Assembly: GCA_951406725.2 (NCBI GenBank) | Contig: OX597837.1 | Location: forward strand, 16,864,001 to 16,928,000 | Direction of reading: 5' to 3' | Length of the DNA stretch: 64,000 nucleotides | DNA from: Octopus vulgaris | Taxonomy: Eukaryota | Shown: in pieces, positions 12,241-24,499 of the stretch | Layout: every line of letters begins with the position of its first letter | Numbering within the stretch: the stretch's first letter is position 1 | Translations under genes and position numbers: made by a program | The notes under the pieces: generated by a model | Told to the model about the DNA's origin: nothing | The model's input: the letters and a program-made list of their open reading frames with translations, nothing else | Databases searched by the model: none

Positions 12241-13199
12241 TTATATCAGTGTTTCCATTAGGTTAATGTTTCTCACCCCAGCCTTCGCTTCGTTTCTCTC
12301 ACTCCTCCACATCATATTCCGCACACAACCAAAGCCAAATTTCACGAAAAGAAAAAAAAAACACAATACGTAATAAATATTCTTCCAAAATACAAAAAAT
12401 AACAATAACAAAAAGAACATATAAAGCCAAAAATGTTTAACCCAGAAATTGTTGAAGTGGAACATGGAACATACACACTGAAACTCTCTCTCACACATAC
12501 AAATGTTCTCATCGCCCACACATTTCTTTATGGATGTTACCTCAGCCACCACCCTGGAATGTTAAAAATGGCTTTACTTTGCAAAGCTATCTATGAATTT
12601 CACGATCATTTAAAGTGAAAAAAAGCAACTATTTGCAAATACTTCGGGTGAAACAAAAGCGACATTTTTATATTCACACCTGCCTGTCTGTTTTTCTCAG
12701 TCTTCCAGTCTTTCTATCTTTCTGTATTACTTTCTCATTCACGTTCTCTCTCTCTATCTTTAACCACCACCGATCTGTTTGAATATGTAGCAACCAAATC
12801 TCCCTCCCTCTATGTAATTTACACACGATCAAACAGATGTTTCGAAACATTTCTGCTAAATCTGCTAATTAACACGAAACACGAAAATAAATACGAAATA
12901 ATAAACGAAATAATAAACACGAAAATATATTTGTCTTTTAATTTTATTTTTAACCTTTCTCACCGCTAAAGAGCCGGTTTCCAAACCACAAAACTCTTTC
13001 ACTGGAATTAAAACATCAATTGGATAACCATGTATGTATGTATGTATGTATGTATGTATGTATGTATGTATGTATGTATGTATGTATGTATGTATGTATG
13101 TATGTATGCATGTTTGTATGTATGCATGTTTGTATGTATACATGTATGTATGTATGCATGTTTCTTTCATTCAATCTTTCCATCCAGCCCTCCACTTCA

Positions 13200-14140
13200 C
13201 TTCCACTATCTCCAACACTCTGTCTCCTTCCTCGACATTTCGGTTAGCATTCTTCACTCCACTCTTACCACCTCCATTCACTACAAACACACAGACTCAC
13301 ACTCATACCTCAACTTCTCTCCCTCCCACCCAGAACACACCAAGCTTTCCATCCCCTATTCCCAATTCCTCCGTCTACGTAGGATCTGTAGTGACGACCA
13401 TGACTTTGAGACTCAGTCTCAACGTATGGCTCACCACTTCATCCTACGTGGATACCCCCTCACCACTATCCACACCGCCCTTGCCAGAGCACGTTCCGTG
13501 GACCGTGTATCTGCTCTCTCTCCCCGAACCCGCCCTGTAGTCTCCCGCCTCCCTTTTCCCCTCACTTACCACCCCACGACCCTACCTCTCCAACGCACCA
13601 TTCTTCGAGCTTTCCGTCATCTCCAGTCCGACCCGTCCACTTCACACCCCTTCCCTAACCGACCCCTCCCCTCTTTCAAACGAGCCCATAACCTTCGAGA
13701 CCTTTTGGTCCATAGCTCCTTCCCTGACCCTACCTCCCAACCTGGCTCGTTCCCCTGCTCCCGCCCACGTTGCCGCACTTGCCCTTACCTCTCCAACACC
13801 ACCCTCCTCACTGGCACCCATCATCGACCCTATCGCATCATCAACTCCTTCACCTGCACCTCAAGCAATATTATCTATTGCGTCTCTTGCTCTCTCTGCC
13901 ATTCCCTGTACATCGGACAAACGGGACGCCGCTTGGCTGACCAGTTCGCGGAACATCTTCGTGACATCCGCCTTGCGAACGACACACCGGTCTCACGCCA
14001 TTTCCGCTCCACCGGTCACTCGTTGCAACACCTGTCTGTGTTCGGTTTGTCCTTACACAGAGGCCATCCGGATTCCCGTTTGCGCCGTGAACAGGAATTA
14101 ATCTTCTCTCTTCGCTCTTATACGCCATTTGGTCTCAACT
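13200..14140 (+). pseudogene. Penelope-like RT C-terminus/thumb plus GIY-YIG endonuclease (open over this span, N-terminus missing)
   Basis: FLDISV...YKHTDSHSYLNFSPSHP...SIPYSQFLRLRRICS; CSRPRCRTC; FTCTSSNIIYCVSCSLCHSLYIGQTGRRL; REQELI...PFGLN, all within ORF 13030-14607. Confidence 0.93.
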
Positions 14141-14730
14141 CTCCCCCCTCCTCATCTAACCCCCTCTCCCCCTCCTCATCTAACCTCCCCCCGACCCCTA
14201 CTTCTCTTCAGTCCTTCATCCTTTCACCCCTACTCCTCTTCCTTTCTTCCCTCTTTCTCACTCCCTCCTTCCCTCTTCCCCTTCCCTCTTTCTCTCTGCT
14301 CCCTCACTCCCCTTCTCTCTCTCCCCCTCTCCCTCCTCCTCCCTCCTCCTCTCCCCTCCTCTTCTCCTCTCCTTCCTTCTCCCCCTTCCCCTCCTCTTCT
14401 CCCCTTTCCTTCTCCCCTCTTCTCCCCTTTCTTTCTCCCCCTCCACCCTCTTCACTCATCTCCTCTCTCTACACTACACCATACGACTTTACACATCACA
14501 TCATATATACATATACACGTCCAGACCTCTCATACGCACTAATACTCTCTCATACACACACACTCTTATGTTGGAGCGAGGTCATTCAACCCTATTATCT
14601 CCCCTAATTTCGCTCTTGCGTCTCACGTTTGATCTTTGACTTCTGGCCGAAATCAGATCGTCATGTTGATTCGCTAGCCTCTGCACGTATATTTTTTTCT
14701 CTCCTTCTTTCTGTGTTTTTTCTCTGTGTA

Positions 14731-14768
14731 TCTTTCTGTTGAAGAGCGTAGGCTCGAAACGTTAAAGA
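14731..14768 (+). ncRNA. Minimal type I hammerhead motif in a Penelope pLTR (A6 changed to U)
   Basis: tcttt-CTGTTGA-A-gagc-gtag-gctc-GAAAC-GT-ta-aaga. Confidence 0.7.
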
Positions 14769-14997
14769 CTTGTCTTATTTATATTTCCTGAGCGCCATAC
14801 TAATACAATTGTTTGTTTGTATTCCACCTGCCTTCGTCTTTTGTTTATTTCCGTAAACCTGCCTTCGTCTTTTGTCTATTTTCATAAAGCTTCCCGTTAT
14901 ACATGTATGTGTTCATGTATGTATGTATGTATGTATGTATGTATGTATGTATGTATGTATGTATGTATGTATGTATGTATGTATGTATGTACGTATT

Positions 14998-15736
14998 AGT
15001 GACGACTCCGGCGCTCGGGCTATTCAGGCTTAGCCCGAGTAATAAATTTAGTAAAGTGAACGTGTATTTGCAGGGCTGATTTAAATTCTATCAACACTGA
15101 CATCAAGTATGTAAATTCAGCCAATAACTCGGGCTCTTTTTATTGAGCCTGGTCGCAGTTCATTTATTTTCCTTCAGTGTCTGGCGGTCGTCTTAGAGCT
15201 GCCCTGTATTTAAAAAAATATCATTCGTAGCAGACATTCTATCAACATCATTCATACGCGCCTAACTCGGGCTCAGAAGTTACAGCCCGAGTTGTTATCT
15301 ATGATCGTCTTCAAACAATAAATTTCTATAGGGATTAGGATTTAAATTCCAATCTATGAAATGTTTCCGTTCTAAAATATTCTTAAAGGAACGAAAAATT
15401 ACCCAGCAACTCAGGTTAATATGAACGAGCCTGGTAGGTATCTCTTGTCAAGAGTACAGGCGATAATCAGATCGCTAGTGTTTGTTGTGCACTCCTCTGA
15501 CGTTATTTGATTGCTGTTATTCTGTGCATCTGTGAGTAAAGATCAGTTGTGTTTTGCAGGATTGTTTTATTTTTACCCTTAATTTAGTGCTAGATAGAAA
15601 GGAAAAGTCATTTGGGGCAATAAATAAAGCGGGAAAATGTGAAATTCTTCGAGTGTCTTATGCGAAATCTGTGATGAGCCCGAGTGACGAAATCTGTAAT
15701 GAACCCGAGTGACGCTGATGACCCGGAGTCACCTCT
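14998..15736. mobile_element. Non-coding MITE-like element with short TIRs and many cccgagt/actcggg subrepeats
   Basis: gactccgg (15004) and ccggagtc (15723) are inverted; cccgagt or its reverse complement recurs about 6 times; (TATG)n-like flanks. Confidence 0.55.
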
Positions 15737-15834
15737 GGTATCCATGCATGTATATATGTATGCATGTATGTATGTATGTTCAGAGAAGCTGGCGTTTATA
15801 GTGGTACATAAGTTTTCTTCTATCCTAATACCTT

Positions 15835-16837
15835 TGTAGGAAATACGACCGTATGTGGAGGTTGGCGACGTAGGTAAGTCACACGGTCGCATCCCTAACG
15901 AAATAAGATAAGCCATAAATACAATTTATACAATGCAGTGCCAACAGAATATAGATGAAAGACGACGAGCCGTTCCACTGTTTGAGAGATAAGATTTTCT
16001 TTACAATGGTGTTAAGGTTAGAGGGTTGTGAGTGCTAGCAAGCGTTGTGTATGTGCGCATGCAACACGTGTTTGTGTCTGTGTGTTCGTGTGTGTGACAG
16101 ATACAATAAGGGTGAATGCGTGTGACATAGAAAATACAGAGCATAGAGTTAATGGTGGAAATTGGCTTACAGTTCATAAGGTACACGATGTGTAAGAGTT
16201 CCATATCAAGATGTGTCTCGGGCGGAGACCGGTTGGGCGAATTGTTGTCGAGCCGCGGTCGTGGTCTCAATCGCCGAGCTGGTTCTCTTAATATAGAATT
16301 CTTCAGATGGACTGTTTCTACTTGGTAAAGGGATTCACTCTAACAGCGTGGATCTTTGAAGTTGGTGTGTACATGTCTGAAGTGGACGATGGTGATGGCG
16401 ACGATGGTAGAGACGACATGAAGTTGGTACAATGATGGTGATGACGGCGGCGGAGATAGAAGGCGTTCTGTTGCGATTGTACATTAGCGTCGTCGTGGCT
16501 GATCGTCTGTCGCTGTGACTGGAACATGTTGAGTAGCTCTGTGGTCAGAGGTTAGTCCTTAGAAGGACTAGAACCAAAGACCCAAGTATACTGAGAACAC
16601 TCCCTTATATACAAGTAAGGTGGCTCAACAGAGCATAGGAAAAGGGACCTTAACCAAAGGCCGTGATTGGTTGGCTTTGGCCAGTGGGGCGGAATAAGTA
16701 GAGACAAATCGCGCCACATGTCAACCAATCAGGTCAGTGGTCACAACAGGAACAACTCGGCCAAAGGTGATTGTAATCTCAAACGAGATCATTCCTGCCG
16801 TGTCTCTCAAACAGTGAGGATATCAGAGACCGCTACA
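15835..16837 (-). mobile_element. Solo LTR, TSD cctt
   Basis: tgtagg...cgctaca with cctt on both sides; similar to LTR 4069-5185. Confidence 0.85.
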
Positions 16838-17015
16838 CCTTTATTAGCTGTTTATATTTGGCGGCAGATTTGATGGGAAAGTTCGACTAATGTTCCTTGT
16901 ATTGAAATGCATACATTGTAAATAAAGTCTTCTTTCTCAAACAGTAGAACGGCTTGTTGTCCTCATTTATATCTTTTGAAACTGTATTCTATATCATGTA
17001 TATGGCTTCATATTA

Positions 17016-17968
17016 TGTTAGGGACCACCGTGCGGCGTACAAAAGGAGACATTTGTCACCAACTCCTTACGTACGGTCATATATTTCTTACACTGGTTTA
17101 CAGTGTACAAAGTGAAAGTGTTGTGAGTGCTAGCGAAGCGTTGTGTCTGGATGCGTGCGACAAGTGTTTGTGTCTGTGTGTTCGTGTGTGCGACAGAAGG
17201 TATAAATAAAGGTGTATGCATATACAACAGAAATACAGAGTATAAGATGAATGTCTCACCATATTGAGTTAAGATAGAGTTAGTTTACCAGTTCATGAAG
17301 TACACAAAAGTAAGTTCTATAACAAGATGTTGGGGGTCTCGAGGCAGAGGCCAGTTGAGGCACATGTCGTGCCGCGGTTGGGGCTTCAATGCCGAGCCGA
17401 GTCTCTTGATATAGAAAGTTCTTTCAGGTAGACTAACTGTTTTTCCTCGGTGAATGATTCACACAAACAGCGTGGAGTTAAACCTGTGCGAATGTCGGGG
17501 TTGATGTGTACGTGTTAAAGTCGACGAAAATGGAGACAACGATGGTGATGACAGCGCCGGAGATGGAGAAGACCTACGTTGCGGGTGTACATTAGCGTCG
17601 TCATGGCTGAAACGGGAGCATGGCTGGCAGGCTGGTCGTCTGTCGCTGGAATTGGAACATAGCTGAGTAGCTCTGTGGTCAGTGACTAGACCTTAAAAGG
17701 TCTGAAGCCGAAAGACGTAGAATAGTGAAAGCTGGCCTATTTAAAGGGTTAAAGTGGCTCAAAACAGGGCATCTGAAACACAGTGTCACGAGACCTTATC
17801 TAATGGCCGTGATTGGTTGGCTTACACACTGGCGCGAAATAAGTCGAGAGACGAACCAATCAGAGCAGTGGACACAACAGGGTCAAACTAGCCCAAAGAT
17901 GGTTGTAATCTCAAACGGGATCATTCCTAATGTGTCTCTCAAACAGTGAGGATAGCAGATATGCTACA
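17016..17968 (-). mobile_element. Solo LTR related to 15835-16837 (TSD imperfect, tatta/gatta)
   Basis: tgttaggg...atgctaca; long shared blocks with the neighbouring LTR (tgtgagtgctagc..., gtacattagcgtcgtc..., tgtctctcaaacagtgaggat). Confidence 0.8.
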
Positions 17969-18129
17969 GATTATTGTTCCATGTCGGGTCGCTATATATA
18001 GATAGTGGAAAGTAGGGTGACAGAGGTTCTACTTATGCAAAGGTCGTGGGTTTATAAAAGCATTTTTCTACATTCAGTAACCAAATATGAACATTTCTTT
18101 TGGTCAAATTCCATCTCTATATTGCAGAA

Positions 18130-18530
18130 AATATCGGTTTCAAATTTTGGTACAAAGCCAGCAAGTTCGGGGTATTTATTTTATCGACCCCTGAAATAAT
18201 GAAAGGCAAAGTCGACCTCGGTGGGAATTGAACTCAGAACATAAAGACGGGCGAAATTTTGCTGAGCATTTTGCCTGGCGTGCTAGCAATTTTGCCAGCT
18301 CACCGCCTTCTAAATCCTTCCCTAGTCATATAGATACATAGGGTCGGTTTCTTGGTCTTCGTGGTGCATATATACTCTACTAGACTCTGGTCCATCGCAG
18401 GATTACTCATTTTTGCCAGCTGAGTGGACTGGAGCAACCTGAAATGAAGCGTTTTGCTCCAGAACACCACACGTCGTCAAGTCCAGGAATAGAAATTATA
18501 ATCTTACGATCATTAGCCCAACACCCCTCC
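18130..18530 (-). mobile_element. SINE family 1 copy (18130-18310) followed by another SINE fragment
   Basis: gaaaggcaaagtcgacctcgg...gaactcagaac...gccagctcaccgcc, then cagctgagtggactggagcaacctgaaatgaag. Confidence 0.75.
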
Positions 18531-18820
18531 ACTTATGTAGCAGAAAGTATCATTCACCCAGATGTTTCTTACCATTGCAAATGCTTTGAGCGTAGATTTT
18601 TGGATTGTCTACAAAGAAATGGATTACGTTGGTGTCTCGTACTGTTGTATACAAAAATATTATTTACAATCAAATTATTTTCTTTGTATACATGCACACA
18701 TGCTCAAACAATCCTGCGCGTGCGCACACACACATATATGTAAATAGTTAGGGATTACCCCAAAACGATTACCGGTTTGCTCTCAGGTATTCAAATTATG
18801 TTATTCAACAGCTAACATAT

Positions 18821-19697
18821 TGTTACGGAGATAAATAAACGGGAAAACGTTATGCCCTAGTTCCGTTGGCTAGGGTCGAACCGGCGGGGGAAAAATTGTT
18901 CTTTGTCTTGTCAACGGCAAGGGAAATTAATGAGTTTAGGAAGTACCTCTGACCCTTACACGTTCAGGGAAAGTTGAAAAAAAAATGCCACCCTTTAAAA
19001 TGCGACGAACTGGTGTTAGAGGGACAGACAGCAAAGGGCCGGAAAAGAGTTCGGTTGGGACAGCGAGTCGATGCAGACGGCCAGCGAGGAGATGATAGTG
19101 GCAAGAGGCGAGGAAGACAGGCAGGGAATATGAGAAATTGACAGGCGAGAAAAGAAAGAAGATGACAGCGAAGGAGCAGAGAGAGACACGCGAAGAAGTT
19201 GGACTACTATAGTGGGTTCAGAAACATTCGGCATTGTTGTTTATGTTTGGATTTGTGTTTCTATTTGTGAAGAAAAAAATAGAATTTGTAAATGTTTAAA
19301 GAAAATTGAGAACGAACTCTCTGTGTAAGAAAAGAAGAGAGAGAAAAGAACATTAAGAAAAGAGAAAGACTTTGTTGTGATTCTGTATTGTGTTGCATGT
19401 CAACCAATTGATTGTTTTTAACTCGGTATTACGTTTGATTGATTTTGTAAAGTTATAAATTGTTAAATGTCTGTTAACCTTGTTTTTAAATGTATTTGAA
19501 ATGTTTCAGTTGATGTTGTAAAATTATATAAATTGATGTTAAATGTAAGCTGTCTCTCTCCTTTGTTGTTGTTGCCCTCGGTTACTGGTTTGCGTTCGCT
19601 GCCCACTCCCGCTTTCTGTGGTGGATTTCCGTTTGACTGAGCGTAGACGTCGTCGCCGACTTAGGGTCCTGAGTTGAGTTGAGCGCCCGTCCTAACA
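18821..19697 (+). mobile_element. Solo LTR, TSD atat
   Basis: tgttacgga...tcctaaca inverted termini; atat on both sides; non-coding. Strand is tentative. Confidence 0.8.
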
Positions 19698-20190
19698 ATA
19701 TAAATCCAATAAAGGTAGTGCTATGCAGCTTCTTAGTCATTTGTATCATTAATATTGTTAATGTGTGTGTGTGTGTGTGTTTATATGTATTCAGGAAAGA
19801 AATATACTCTACAAAAACCTGCGGTCAAAATAGTTACCAAACATCTTGCGCCTGGTTGTCATTGGATTCTGGCTGTTAGAAGCTGGTATGTATATAGCAC
19901 AAGCGCTCTGCTCTGATCTCCGTGTGCCGATATTTCTTCAAAGTCCTGCGGCGATGAGCACTGATTTGACGATTTGTAGGTATACAATCGCTTTTTACAT
20001 GCAAGTAGCTTAGGGCTTATCAAACGTCGTTGTCAGTTTTCGGAGCAGAATCTGGTTTGAGCAGAGTCTCTTGTGATTGAAGCGACCCTTTTAAGGGAAA
20101 ACATTGTTCACCCAAATATTGGTAGAGGTCTAGAAAAGATGACCCTAAGGTTATCTGTTCTACCATCAAATTGGTCAACTACCTGCAGCG

Positions 20191-21390
20191 ATGGCCGTTC
20201 AAACTGGCCGGAGAATCAAGAATTTCCAGAATTTTCAAAATAATAGAATTTCTTTGAATATTGCTACATGGAATATTAGAACGTTTCTTGGCAGGGATTC
20301 ATCCTCGATTCTAGAAAGCAGAACTGCTACTGTAGGCGGAGAACTGAGCAGGCATAATGTTGGTATAGCCGCACTCTCTGATGAAGGTCGTATATTAAAA
20401 AGGAGTGCTGGCTATACGTTCTTCAGGAAAAGGAAACCAAAAGGGAGAAAGGGAATGGCGGAGCAGGCTTTGCAGTCTGGATAGAGGCCACTAAGCGGCT
20501 GGAGCAGCCACAAATTATTGGTGATTGAATTCTACACCTGAAGGTTCTGTCCAGGGGACGTTTCATAACTATTATTACAATGTATGCTCTTTCCCTGGAT
20601 AGAAGATTTACGAGGGTGTATAATTTCGATCCCACATACCGATAAGATCTCGCTGGTCGGAGATTTCAATGTACGTATGGGAAAAGACCACAACATTTGG
20701 GTTGCTTTGGGACATCATGGCATGAACAGGTTGAATACTAATGATCTTGTTTTGCAACTATGCACTGAATTTGAGTTGGTCATGTGCAATACTTTCTTGA
20801 AACAAAAGTATATCCATAAAGTAACATGGGTACATCCAAAATCTAAGCATGGACTTGAATTATAACATCACCAGAACGAAATACCTGCAGGATATCCGCT
20901 CCGAAAGAGTTGTGCATGGTGCAGAATGTGGTATAGACCACAAACTTGTACGTGGCCAGATGACAAAAAATGCAGAACAATAGAAAAGTGAGGACGGCGG
21001 GGTCAAACGTATAGATATCCAAACTAAAAAGCTTTAAAATGCAGGATGCTCTTCATAGTGCACTTGACAATGTTGTCTTTGAAAGAACTTGGGAAACTGT
21101 CCTAGGTACAGGTTTACGATGCGGAGCTTGATGTACGAGACCATAAGAAGATAAAATACCGAGACTGGTTTGATGATGATAATGTTCCAATTACCAGACT
21201 CACTGAAGAGCAAGTAAGAGAAGTGCCTTCTTGCAGAAGATCCAGTGCGGGTCACTTCTGAGAAAGCCTTCAAAGAGGCAAAGTCAAAACTCGAAAGATA
21301 AACAGTAATTGGTAGTTTGAAGTTTCAGCGGAAATGCAGACATCTTAAAACTGCAGAGACTCGAAGGTATTATACGCTACGTCACAGTAG
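20191..21390 (+). pseudogene. RTE-type LINE 5' fragment (APE endonuclease), degenerate
   Basis: LNIATWNIRT, GIAALS, GYTFF, VGDFNVRMG, CNTFLK...KVTWVHPKSKH, DHKLV motifs. Confidence 0.85.
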
Positions 21391-21399
21391 ACCGAAGGA

Positions 21400-21960
21400 G
21401 CGACAAATGGTTATGCAGAGACTCGAATGAGGTTCCAACAGTCATGCATACTAAGCTCCCACCAATTGTGATGGTTCTATGAATCGTCAGCAACGAAGGA
21501 AATATGCTTCCACACTTTTTTCACAGAGCTTAAGAGTCAATGCCGCTGTCTACACAGAGGTTTTGGAGAAAGTTGTGAGGCCCTGAAAAGACAGAATACA
21601 CAACGGAAGACTCTACTCTCCAAACAAAACACTGCGCAGTCTCATAAGGCTAGGACAACGCAAGCGTAGATTCGTGCCATTCTCCATGATCATGTTCTCC
21701 CACACACATGGCCTCCTAGCTCACCAGACTTCAATCCACTGGACTATTATGTAGGGGACGTAGTCGAGAGAAGTCAATCAACAACCCCATAACACCATAA
21801 AATCTCTCAAGTCCGCCATAATCAACATCTGTTTCGGGCATATAAACGCTTCCAAACCTATATTGAAGCAACCATTGATGCAAACGGTGGATTCATAGAA
21901 TAGTTGTGATAAAAGGATTCTCAAGATAATTTGTACCAATTTGTTTTCATATACAGCTGT
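21400..21960 (+). pseudogene. Tc1/mariner superfamily (maT-like) transposase 3' remnant
   Basis: WPPSSPDFNPLDYYVGDVVER at ~21708-21770; AQSHKARTTQA upstream. Confidence 0.8.
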
Positions 21961-22445
21961 CCTTTGGTGAGCTACGCGTATACGTCCTTTTCTACGTTCA
22001 TTCAAATGACCTATAAAAAACTGACTCAGCTCCATTTGACTTAAAGATTCGTAGACACGAGGGACGAACCCATCTCATCAAATATTAGATGAAGGGTAAC
22101 AGATCTGAGACAAATTCAAGGTGGGTTTTAGATGTTAGCCTCTATTAGCCAGCTCTGATCACATGGTGATAATGTTACGGATGCGACACTGGATTTTTTC
22201 TTTGTTCTTAGTCCCACGTGCTTGGACAGTTGTTGGTAGTGATTGTTGCAATACTACAATATCGATCCTATCAACTGCCTTCTATGAAAATCCTAGACTA
22301 CACGGGTATGACAGCCAATAACATTTAAGAGAAGGTATACACAGCATAGGCATTCCTTCAGGTGTAGGGATTGACACTCCTTCAGGAGTAGGAATAGGGA
22401 AAAATCCACCTCCCTGTCCCCCTTCATCTACTGAATCTACAACCA

Positions 22446-22785
22446 TCAGAACGATTTCTCCAACATCAAATGAAATATCATTGGCATTCCCCCAACACAT
22501 TACTCATATGTAACTCACAAATGCAAACTATCTTCGTGAGAGACTACACATACTCCACTAACCTGAAATATCCATGAACTATCTTATTGTTGCCACCAGA
22601 TACACTCTGTTAATGAACTTTAAGCCATTGTAGCTGACAGTCCAGATATGCTGACTTAGATCTGGCTATCCCACACATATGGACAAAGTATTTAATTACT
22701 GTTGCCCGTATTGACTACGACCATCAGAACAACTTCTCCAACATCAAATGAAATATCATTGGCATTCCCCCTACACATTACTCAC
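22446..22785. repeat. Direct duplication of ~60 bp
   Basis: tcagaac..ttctccaacatcaaatgaaatatcattggcattcccc..acacattactca at ~22446 and ~22724. Confidence 0.8.
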
Positions 22786-23162
22786 ATTAACCGTCCGTGT
22801 TGGTTATCCAGTCTCAATTTTTACGTACACCCACGTAAAAACAGCTGACGTTACTGGGCTAAGATTCCACTGAACGATGACTGAGTTACTAATCCATGGC
22901 AACACCACACCCAACCACTTCACCGCAGCTTGCCACCAATATAGAGGGAGGTTTCTGCCATCATCTTGTGCGAGTACGTAGGTGTAATAATACTCCTGTA
23001 GCATTAACAATACGTGACCTGAGCTGACCAAAAGAGGTCTATCTAGAAGCCGTCCTGTTTGTTTTAGATCCATTACACATCTTCTGATATCTGATATATA
23101 CGTGCCCATGAAGCTTTAAATCATATGGAGCTGAGTCAAACTGTTGTTAACACGCACACTCA

Positions 23163-23208
<46 letters not shown>

Positions 23209-23383
23209 TATGTGTAGGCAGGAATATATGTGTCGTCTGTGGATACAGTACAAATGTATTTGTGTGTGTGTGTGAAGCAATGTGTAAGCCAGTACATAAG
23301 AGCTATGTGCATGGATGTAAACGTGTGTGTGCACGCGCCTGCATGTATAATTGCACCTATGAGCTTAAAATGTACGTATTATA

Positions 23384-23414
<31 letters not shown>

Positions 23415-23446
23415 ATCAAAATAAGCAACAAGGATATCCAAAGGTA

Positions 23447-23536
23447 ATGCAGTATGATCGTTTCATGCGACTTCATTTAATTAAACAATGCAAGTATTAC
23501 ATCAGTTTTAAAATGTAGAGCAATCTTCAGCTGCAT
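23447..23536 (-). ncRNA. Type I hammerhead motif (G16.2 changed to A)
   Basis: Minus strand atgcag-CTGAAGA-ttgc...gcat-GAAAC-gatc-ATA-ctgcat; 6-bp stem I. Confidence 0.7.
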
Positions 23537-24078
23537 ATGGAATTTTTTAGTTAAACTGAAAAGATTCATTTTTATACTTATTCCATTTACCAACATCACA
23601 AAGAGGGTAAGTATAGAACAGAGAGACCAGTCTCATCAACAGAAACATGGTAGTAAATGATATTTTTTCATGGATACACTACTTATCACTGAATTTACTT
23701 TGTTATTTAGATTTACTATTGGGAGGGGGTTTAATATAATTCTATTAAGTCTAGTGGGGACAACAGTAAGAATCTATCCTACCTAGATAGAGGAAGAGAC
23801 AGTTTAAGTGGTAGATCCATAAATCAAGCTCTCTTTGAAGAACCTCTTCTAGTACAGTTGACTGTATTTCAGCTAAAATTAGTAGACCAAAGCTGATGGG
23901 GTAGGGAGAATAGAAACTTCCAAATACTTAACTATTTAACATCCATAATGCTACTTGTGATTTGAAATAAATAGTTTGATCATTTCTTCACCCGATATTA
24001 AACACTAATCTTACACGACAACTCCCATGATAAATAAATATTAATTTAATCTAGTAATTATAAAATTATAATGTAATA

Positions 24079-24499
24079 GGCGTAGGAGTGGCTGTGTGGT
24101 AAGTAGCTTGCTTACGAACCACATGGTTCCGGGTTCAGTCCAACCGCGTGGCATCTTGGGCAAGTGTCTTCTGCTATAGCCTCGGGCCGACCAAAGCCTT
24201 GTGAGTGGATTTGGTAGACGGAAACTGAAAGAAGCCTGTCGTATATATGTATATATATATGTATGTATGTGTGTGTGTATATGTTTGTGTGTCTGTGTTT
24301 GTTTCCCTAGCATTGCTTGACAACCGATGCTGGTGTGTTTACGTCCCCGTCACTTAGCGGTTCGGCGAAAGAGACGGATAGAATAAGTACTGGGCTTACA
24401 AAGAATAAGTACCGGGGTCGATTTGCTCGACTAAAGGTGGTGCTCCAGCATGGCCGCAGTCGAATGACTGAAACAATTAAAAGAGTAAAAAAAAGAGTA
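24079..24499 (+). mobile_element. tRNA-derived SINE family 2 (CORE-like), apparently full length
   Basis: gtggctgtgtggtaag A-box, gggttcagtcc B-box, cttgggcaagtgtctt central domain, internal (TA/TG)n, aaagagt tail; inserted in the Penelope-like element. Confidence 0.85.

Larger units (their letters stand above)
13165..14900 (+). mobile_element. 5'-truncated Penelope-like retroelement inserted in (TATG)n
   Basis: RT thumb and GIY-YIG coding region, polypyrimidine tract, 3' pLTR with hammerhead; (tatg)n on both flanks (13030-13160, 14905-14990). Confidence 0.9.

Noticed and set aside
10680-12860. Possible host exons in the less repetitive stretch
   Set aside because: Short ORFs have no recognisable domains or convincing splice pattern; small exons cannot be excluded without RNA data.
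13030-14607. 525-aa ORF as a complete gene
   Set aside because: Its start lies in (TATG)n and its tail in a polypyrimidine tract; only the middle is a truncated Penelope RT/EN.
24079-24160. tRNA gene (also at 45183 and 48940-49010)
   Set aside because: A/B boxes run straight into SINE bodies repeated elsewhere in the window; no complete cloverleaf.
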